From Chlorobium sp. (GTDB lineage Bacteria; Bacteroidota; Chlorobiia; Chlorobiales; Chlorobiaceae), in NCBI GenBank assembly GCA_028278005.1, contig JANQFD010000055.1, positions 1-44,572 of the forward strand: DNA of 44,572 bases. The letters are read 5' to 3'. Position numbers and translations under genes: made by a program. Shown here in pieces: positions 38,302-44,572 of this stretch (position 1 is its first letter; every line of letters begins with the position of its first letter). Under the pieces are notes generated by a model. The model did not search any database and was not told the DNA's origin. It was given only the letters and a program-made list of their open reading frames with translations.

Positions 38302-39300
38302 TCAGGAGATAGTGACTACGGGCATGGCGCATCCAGGACAACAGCCACCCCTGTCATGAGGTATCACGCTGTAACGGATGCGTTCGACCACAACGTTCCC
38401 GCATCGGGGACAGCATGTGTTTTCAAGGTTGCCGGATGCGTAAACATATAAAAGGCCGGCTTGTTTTCCGATAGCATATGCCTGGTCGAGAAGAGCTGTT
38501 GCTGTATGCGGCGTGTCGCGCATTTTCCAGGAAATTTCAGGCACAAATGCAGAAACATGCCACGGGATTCCCGGCCCGAGTTCCTCAGTGATAAATTCTG
38601 CCAGACGTTCGAGCATTTCAGGTGAATCCGAATAACCGGGTATCAGGAGGGTGGTTATTTCAAGGTGTACGCTCGAACGGGCAAGACGTTTGAGATTATC
38701 CAGAACCGGCTGCAGAAGGCAACCACATATTTTTCTGTAGAATGAGTCGTCCATTGATTTAAGGTCGATGTTTGCCGCATCGAGCAGAGGTTCCGCTGCA
38801 TCCAGGCAGTTGGCCGACATATAGCCGTTGCTGACCCAGATGCTTTTCAGACCGGCTGAACGAGCTTCTGTCATGATATCGAGCGCGAACTCGGCGAAAA
38901 CCGTCGGCTCGTTATAGGTGCACGAGATTGAAGGGCAGCCGGTGTCGAGAGCTTCCTGCACAATTGAACCCGGAGAACGGAAAGGAAGCTTCATGCCTTC
39001 GCCGGAACTCTGGCTGATCTCCCAGTTCTGGCAGTTGCCGCAACGGAAATTGCATCCGAATGTACCCGCCGAAAGGGTTGATGAGCCCGGTAAAAAATGG
39101 TACAGCGGTTTTTTTTCGACAGGATCTCTTGCAATCGTTACAGGATACCCATAGTTCAGGGTGAACAGTTTTCCTCCCCGGTTAATCCGCACTCTGCAGA
39201 GTCCGGGACGGCCATCACGGATTTTGCAGAAACGGTGACACAGGTTGCATTGTACTGTGTTTTCAGGGAGTGAACGATAAAACCGTGCTTCAGCTGGCAT
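38302..39300 (-). CDS. amrS: AmmeMemoRadiSam system radical SAM enzyme
   Basis: CNLCHRFC..GLCRVR, DPVEKKPLYHF, GCNFRCGNCQNWEISQ, TYNEP and a C-terminal Zn ribbon. Confidence 0.92.
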   Translation of the reverse strand: MPAEARFYRSLPENTVQCNLCHRFCKIRDGRPGLCRVRINRGGKLFTLNYGYPVTIARDPVEKKPLYHFLPGSSTLSAGTFGCNFRCGNCQNWEISQSSGEGMKLPFRSPGSIVQEALDTGCPSISCTYNEPTVFAEFALDIMTEARSAGLKSIWVSNGYMSANCLDAAEPLLDAANIDLKSMDDSFYRKICGCLLQPVLDNLKRLARSSVHLEITTLLIPGYSDSPEMLERLAEFITEELGPGIPWHVSAFVPEISWKMRDTPHTATALLDQAYAIGKQAGLLYVYASGNLENTCCPRCGNVVVERIRYSVIPHDRGGCCPGCAMPVVTIS

Positions 39301-39330
39301 GAAAACGGCATGGATGATTTTGTCAGGCCA

Positions 39331-40119
39331 TTACACTTCAACCGTTCCTGTATACACAATTTTTGCCGGTCCGGAAAGGAACACCTCCTGCAGGTCATCG
39401 GAAAAATCAACATGCAGGACATCTCCGCTTCTTACGGTAACCCTGACGCTTTTCGAAGAGACTTTTCCCAGTTTATAGCTCATGATCGCTGCAGCGACAG
39501 CTCCGGTTCCGCATGCAAGTGTTTCCGCCTCGACCCCCCTCTCGAATGTCCTGACATTGAGTGTGTCGGGGCCGGTAATTTCAAGGAAATTGACATTTGT
39601 CCCTTCGGGGAACAGATCGCTGTTGCTCCGGATGGTTCTGCCTGCATCGTCTACATTGAAGGTTTCAAGTCCTTCGGTATAGATGATCGTATGGGGCGAG
39701 CCGGTATCGATAAAATGACAGGAAAAACCGTTAGCATAAAAATTGTTTCTATAATCCCCGGGCACGGTCATTTTCAGTTTAACCTTTTCGGGCCCTGTTA
39801 TCCATGCGTTATACCGGTCTCCATTAGCCTCGAAAGAAACGGTTTCTCCGGCGATGTCATTGAGCCGGGCAAAGTAAGCGGCGCATCTGCCACCGTTCCC
39901 GCACATCGAGCCGGGCTTTCCGTCTGCATTGTAGTAACGCATGCTGAAATCCGAAGTATCGGAAGGCCCTATGAGAATAAGACCGTCGGCACCTATACCG
40001 GTCCTTCTTGTACAAAGTGAACGTATACGGGATTCCGGGAGGTTGACGGTGCTCCGAGTGGTATCTATAACGATGAAATCATTTCCTGCGCCGGACATTT
40101 TTGAGAAGTTGATTTGCAT
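39331..40119 (-). CDS. dapF: Diaminopimelate epimerase
   Basis: KMSGAGNDF, MCGNGGRC and ERGVEAETLACGTG motifs. Confidence 0.96.
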   Translation of the reverse strand: MQINFSKMSGAGNDFIVIDTTRSTVNLPESRIRSLCTRRTGIGADGLILIGPSDTSDFSMRYYNADGKPGSMCGNGGRCAAYFARLNDIAGETVSFEANGDRYNAWITGPEKVKLKMTVPGDYRNNFYANGFSCHFIDTGSPHTIIYTEGLETFNVDDAGRTIRSNSDLFPEGTNVNFLEITGPDTLNVRTFERGVEAETLACGTGAVAAAIMSYKLGKVSSKSVRVTVRSGDVLHVDFSDDLQEVFLSGPAKIVYTGTVEV

Positions 40120-40529
40120 TATACCCTCTGTTGATTAAAAGGAACTGTTCGCGTAACGGTATGTTAAGGATGGTGCGGGCAAGCCTGTATCTTCAGTTAT
40201 AACAACAGTTCCGGTTGCCGTGTCCTGCGGAGGCTTTGCCCAAAAAATTTATTATTAATAAAATTTTCTTATCTTATTCGCTACAGTAACCGGGATTTTT
40301 TTTAGTAAATTAACTGTCGAAAGTGTTTGTTGTAAAGGTTTTTCTTCCGGTCTGTTCAAGACTGCAGCACAAGATTGACAATCCGGTCAGAATCACCCCG
40401 ATAGAAGCAGGGCATGAGAATAGATGCATAAGTGAACTCTCTGATTTGCATGCAGTTACAAGGTGAGTTTCATTTTTTCTTTATGGTTTCTTCAACCAGT
40501 TAATATGTCCAAACAAAGGAGAGAATACA

Positions 40530-42725
40530 ATGGCTGATCAAGCAAATCCTACAGGAGTCAAGCCAAAGGGGAAAGTTCCTCCTCCCAAAGGGAAGGTACC
40601 TCCTCCAAAGGGGAATGGTGCGCCAGCCGAGGCATCCGTGATCAAAGAGAAGGATGCTGCGCAAATGAGGCGCTTCCTGTTCCAGCGAACAGAAACCCGA
40701 TCAACAAAGTGGTATCAGGTTTTTGATACCGACAAGCTTGACGACGAACAGGTGGTTGGCGCTCACCTGGCTTTGTTGGGTGTGCTCGGGTTTGTTATGG
40801 GTATTTACTATTTGTCAGGGATTCAGGTTCTGCCCTGGGGCGCGCCTGGTTTTCATGACAACTGGTTCTACCTGACAATCAAGCCAAGAATGGTGTCGCT
40901 GGGTATTGATACTTACAGTGCCAGAACCGAGGATTTAATTGCAGCCTCATGGAAGCTTATAGGATGGACGATCCTTCATTTTATTTCCGGTTCGATTCTT
41001 ATTTTCGGAGGTTGGCGTCATTGGACCCACAACCTTACCAATCCTTTTACCGGACGTGCCGGTAATTTCCGCGAATTCAGGTTTCTTGGAAAATTCGGTG
41101 ACGCTGTTTTCCAGGGTACCAGTGCAAAAACCTACAAAGATGCTCTCGGGCCTCATGCCGTTTACATGTCGCTTCTCTTCCTTGGATGGGGACTGGTGAT
41201 GTGGCTGGCTCTTGGAATCGCGCCGATTCCAGATTTTCAGACAATAAATTCCGAGGCATTCATGTCCTTTATTTTCTTTATTGTCTTTTTTGCTCTGGGT
41301 CTGTACTGGTGGAAAAATCCGCCGAATGCGGCCATTCATCTCAATGATGACATGAAAGCTGCTTTCTCGGTGCATCTGACAGCCATAGGCTATGTTAATA
41401 TTGCACTCGGTATTATCGCTTTTGTTGCGTTCCAGCAGGAATCGTTTGCTCCTTATTATGCGGAACTTGACAAACTTGTCTTTTACATCTACGGTGAACC
41501 GTTCAACCGCGTGAGTTTCGATTTCGTACAGGAAGGAGGCCAGGTTCTCGCAGGTTCAAAAGAGTTCGATGAGTTTCCTGCATATGCGATCCTGCCGAAA
41601 AACGGCGAATCCTTCGGAATGGCACGCGTTGTCATCAACCTGATTGTTTTCAACCACATTATCTGTGGTGTTCTCTATGTTTTTGCAGGTGTTTACCATG
41701 GCGGTCAGTACCTTCTCAAGGTACAGATCAACGGTCTCTACAACCAGATCAAGTCAATCTGGGTTGCTAAAGGCCGCGATCAGGAAGCCCAGGTCAAGAT
41801 CCTCGGTACCATCATGGCACTCTGTTTTGCCACCATGCTTTCGGTCTATGCGGTTATCGTCTGGAATACGATATGCGAGCTGAATATTTTCGGGACAAAC
41901 ATCATGATGTCCTTCTACTGGCTCAAACCGCTGCCCTTCCTGCACTGGATGTTCGAGGACCCAAGCATCAATGACTGGGTTATGGCTCACGTTATTGTGG
42001 CAGGCTCGCTCTTCTCGTTAATCGCACTTGCCCGTATTGCATTCTTCTCGCATACGTCTCCGTTGTGGGATGATCTCGGGCTCAAGAAAAACTCTTACTC
42101 ATTCCCGTGTCTCGGACCGGTATACGGTGGTACCTGCGGTGTGTCTATTCAGGACCAGCTCTGGTTTGCGATGCTTTGGGGAGTCAAGGGGCTTTCAGCT
42201 GTCTGCTGGTATATTGACGGCGCATGGCTCGCTTCGATGATGTACGGCGTTCCTGCTGCCGATGCAAAAGCATGGGATGCAGTTGCCGGATTGTCTCATC
42301 ATTATTCCGCGGGTATTTTCTACTATTTCTGGACTGAAACAGTGACGATCTTCTCCAGCTCGCACCTTTCGGTCATTCTCTGTATCGGCCACCTTGTATG
42401 GTTCATCAGTTTTGCCGTCTGGTTTGAAGACAGGGGTTCAAGACTTGAAGGTGCCGATATCCAGACACGTACAGTCAGATGGTTCGGCAAGAAGTTCCTT
42501 AATCGCGATGTCAAGTTCAGATTCCCTGTACTGACGATTTCGGACTCGAAGCTTGCCGGTACATTCCTGTATTTCGGCGGTACATTCATGCTTGTCTTCC
42601 TGTTCATAGCCAACGGTTTTTATCAGACCGATACGCCGGCACTGCCGCCGGTTGGCGATGCTGCAGTTACCGGACAGCAGCTGCTGACGCAGGTTGTCGA
42701 CTTTATTATAAAACTTATTGCCTGA
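40530..42725 (+). CDS. pscA: Photosystem P840 reaction-centre core protein
   Basis: 731 aa polytopic protein; RRFLFQRTETRSTKWYQ; FX motif FPCLGPVYGGTC. Confidence 0.98.
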   Translation: MADQANPTGVKPKGKVPPPKGKVPPPKGNGAPAEASVIKEKDAAQMRRFLFQRTETRSTKWYQVFDTDKLDDEQVVGAHLALLGVLGFVMGIYYLSGIQVLPWGAPGFHDNWFYLTIKPRMVSLGIDTYSARTEDLIAASWKLIGWTILHFISGSILIFGGWRHWTHNLTNPFTGRAGNFREFRFLGKFGDAVFQGTSAKTYKDALGPHAVYMSLLFLGWGLVMWLALGIAPIPDFQTINSEAFMSFIFFIVFFALGLYWWKNPPNAAIHLNDDMKAAFSVHLTAIGYVNIALGIIAFVAFQQESFAPYYAELDKLVFYIYGEPFNRVSFDFVQEGGQVLAGSKEFDEFPAYAILPKNGESFGMARVVINLIVFNHIICGVLYVFAGVYHGGQYLLKVQINGLYNQIKSIWVAKGRDQEAQVKILGTIMALCFATMLSVYAVIVWNTICELNIFGTNIMMSFYWLKPLPFLHWMFEDPSINDWVMAHVIVAGSLFSLIALARIAFFSHTSPLWDDLGLKKNSYSFPCLGPVYGGTCGVSIQDQLWFAMLWGVKGLSAVCWYIDGAWLASMMYGVPAADAKAWDAVAGLSHHYSAGIFYYFWTETVTIFSSSHLSVILCIGHLVWFISFAVWFEDRGSRLEGADIQTRTVRWFGKKFLNRDVKFRFPVLTISDSKLAGTFLYFGGTFMLVFLFIANGFYQTDTPALPPVGDAAVTGQQLLTQVVDFIIKLIA

Positions 42726-42737
42726 TGCACACTGATA

Positions 42738-42768
42738 CGAAGGAGCCGTACTGTACACGGCTCCTTCG
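42738..42768 (+). other. Intercistronic stem-loop between pscA and pscB
   Basis: Perfect 12-bp stem CGAAGGAGCCGT-actgtac-ACGGCTCCTTCG with no U-tail. Confidence 0.8.
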
Positions 42769-42825
42769 CTTCATATATGAATCATCACGGCTTAATAATG
42801 CTATTTAACAAAGATAGGAGGGTTT

Positions 42826-43497
42826 ATGGCTGATCCTGTAAAGCAGCAGGGTACGAAGCCCGATCCGGCAAAGGCAAAGCCGCCTGTTCCAAAGGCAAAA
42901 GGAGCCGCACCGGGAGGACAACCGGCTGCTCCAAAAGCAAAGCAGGCAGCTGCTCCGAAAGCAGGGAAAGCTTCACCTGTCGATCCAAATCGTATGACGG
43001 ATCTTGATGTGAATCTCGGACGGACAGGCCGCAGGATGGAATCTGCGCTTCCGGTTGTGAAGCCAAAACCGAAACCGGCAGCAAAACCAAAGCCGTCACC
43101 AGCCGCGAAAGGTGCTCCGGCGCCGGCCGCAAAAGGTGCCCCGAAGCCCGGAGCAAAACCGGTTGCCAAGAAGAAAGCTCCTCGTCCGAAAAAACATTAC
43201 TATATCCTTGAGAATCTATGCGTTGGTTGCGGTCTCTGCCTCGACAAATGTCCGCCGAAGGTAAACGCTATCGGGTACAAGTTCTATGGTGATGTACAGG
43301 AAAACGGTTTTCGCTGTTACATAGATCAGGATGCGTGTATTTCCTGTTCTGCATGTTTTTCCTCGGATGAATGCCCGACAGGAGCTCTCATAGAGATGCT
43401 TCCTGATGGCGAGATACTTGATTTTACCTATACTCCACCGGAACGTCTTGATTTCGATCTTCGATTCCTGCACCGTTTCCACAGGGAGAACAGGTAA
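42826..43497 (+). CDS. pscB: Reaction-centre FA/FB iron-sulfur protein
   Basis: Pro/Ala/Lys-rich N-terminus, CVGCGLCLDKCP and CISCSACFSSDECP, C-terminal DFDLRFLHRFHR. Confidence 0.97.
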   Translation: MADPVKQQGTKPDPAKAKPPVPKAKGAAPGGQPAAPKAKQAAAPKAGKASPVDPNRMTDLDVNLGRTGRRMESALPVVKPKPKPAAKPKPSPAAKGAPAPAAKGAPKPGAKPVAKKKAPRPKKHYYILENLCVGCGLCLDKCPPKVNAIGYKFYGDVQENGFRCYIDQDACISCSACFSSDECPTGALIEMLPDGEILDFTYTPPERLDFDLRFLHRFHRENR

Positions 43498-43525
43498 GAC
43501 AGGTTCAGCACAAGAAACATTGTGT

Positions 43526-43558
43526 AAGCATTGCCCGTTTTCGGGCAATGCTTTTTTT
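43526..43558 (+). terminator. Rho-independent terminator of pscAB
   Basis: AAGCATTGCCCG-tttt-CGGGCAATGCTT followed by a T run. Confidence 0.9.
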
Positions 43559-43610
43559 GTTGAAGGAATTGAATTGCGGAATGAACAGATGTGCCCTAAT
43601 GACGATGTAT

Positions 43611-44342
43611 ATGGCCGAGAGTAGAAAAACGCTGATTATTATTCCAACCTATAACGAATCGGAAAGTATCGAAAAACTGCTGGATGATATTTTCTGCCTC
43701 TATGCTGAAGAACTTGATGTTCTGGTTATCGACGATAGCTCACCTGATGGAACAGCCGGGATCGTGAAAAAAATACAGCAGGAGAACAGCCGTGTTTTTC
43801 TGAAACAGCGTCCCGGCAAGATGGGACTTGGTACGGCATATATCGAAGGATTCAAATATGCTCTCGACTACGGATATGAGAGGGTCATCGAGATGGATGC
43901 GGACTATTCGCATGACCCGAAGGTAGTCGGCGAGATGCTTGAACGATCCGCTGACGCCGATCTTGTTATCGGCTCACGGTACATCGGTAATACGGTCAAT
44001 GTGGTAAACTGGCCTCTTGGAAGGCTGATACTTTCCAAAATGGCGAGCATCTATACACGGTTTATTACCGGTATGCCGGTATCCGATCCGACAAGCGGCT
44101 ACAAATGCTTCAGTTCGAATGTGCTGAACGTCATTGACCTGAACAGGGTGAAGTCACAGGGATATTCTTTCCAGATCGAGATGAATTATCGGGTCTGGAA
44201 AAAAGGCTTTACCATCAAAGAGGTGCCGATCATTTTTTTCGATCGGGCGGTCGGCAAATCAAAAATGACGAAAAAAAACATTGTCGAGGCAATATGGGTT
44301 GTCTGGTGGCTTAAGCTGTTGTCGCTGGCCGGGCGTCTCTGA
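43611..44342 (+). CDS. GT2 glycosyltransferase, polyprenol-phosphate mannosyltransferase (DPM1-like)
   Basis: IIPTYNE, IDDSSPDGT, GLGTAY, MDADYSH, DPTSGYKCF and GYSFQIE motifs. Confidence 0.9.
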   Translation: MAESRKTLIIIPTYNESESIEKLLDDIFCLYAEELDVLVIDDSSPDGTAGIVKKIQQENSRVFLKQRPGKMGLGTAYIEGFKYALDYGYERVIEMDADYSHDPKVVGEMLERSADADLVIGSRYIGNTVNVVNWPLGRLILSKMASIYTRFITGMPVSDPTSGYKCFSSNVLNVIDLNRVKSQGYSFQIEMNYRVWKKGFTIKEVPIIFFDRAVGKSKMTKKNIVEAIWVVWWLKLLSLAGRL

Positions 44343-44343
44343 A

Positions 44344-44460
44344 AGACATCTCTAAAAACGTATTGCGCGCCCAAATTGCTGCGTTATCCCGACAAGTCGG
44401 GATCGAAATCCTCATGTCCTCACCTGTCGGGACACTCCGGTTTTGCAGTTTACCCCGATT
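44344..44460. mobile_element. MITE copy 3 (left part, interrupted by short repeats)
   Basis: AGACATCTCTA degenerate TIR, gtattgcgcgcc shared with copy 1, atcccgacaagtcgggatcgaaatcctcatgtcc and cactccggttttg core. Confidence 0.8.
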
Positions 44461-44478
44461 CCGACAATGGCGGCGGAG

Positions 44479-44513
44479 CACTTGTCACTGGTTTCTCGTC
44501 ACTCGTCACTGCG
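44479..44513. repeat. 7-bp tandem repeat array (CACTnGT type)
   Basis: CACTTGT CACTGGT TTCTCGT CACTCGT CACTGCG. Confidence 0.65.
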
Positions 44514-44572
44514 CGACAGCGCTTCGGGGTCGGGATCGAAAAACGTTGTGCGAACGCGGCTGTCCCGGTAAT

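Noticed and set aside
36414-39330. Genomic island integrated at tRNA-Arg
   Set aside because: No integrase, and I saw no duplicated tRNA 3' end.

Overview
Chromosomal segment of a green sulfur bacterium (Chlorobiaceae), identified by the reaction-centre genes pscA-pscB, chlorosome gene csmB and BChl c/d/e genes bchQ and bchV. Most of it is housekeeping: amgK/murU-like pair, type-E succinate dehydrogenase/fumarate reductase, hemE, gmhA, ribH, plsC, thrCB, atpAG, thrA, cinA, mutL, tRNA-Arg(CCT), dapF and a GT2 glycosyltransferase. The best candidate for an undescribed system is a six-gene operon (5.75-12.07 kb). It comprises a palindromic CsoR-type operator, a repressor with a CstR-like (persulfide-sensor) Cys/Asn/Cys fingerprint, TolC, a 126-aa mini periplasmic adaptor, an RND pump, a Cys-rich P-II-like protein and a persulfide-dioxygenase-like MBL enzyme; I infer a sulfane-sulfur-responsive export module. 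Also present: a ~177-bp MITE family with nested REP-like hairpins (4 copies, one with perfect 17-bp TIRs and an ATTA target duplication), several 7-bp periodic repeat arrays, an unlisted 44-aa membrane ORF behind bchQ, a coupled membrane protein/isochorismatase/AhpD trio and an AmmeMemoRadiSam pair lacking amrA. All calls come from reading motifs and recalled family features; no searches were run.
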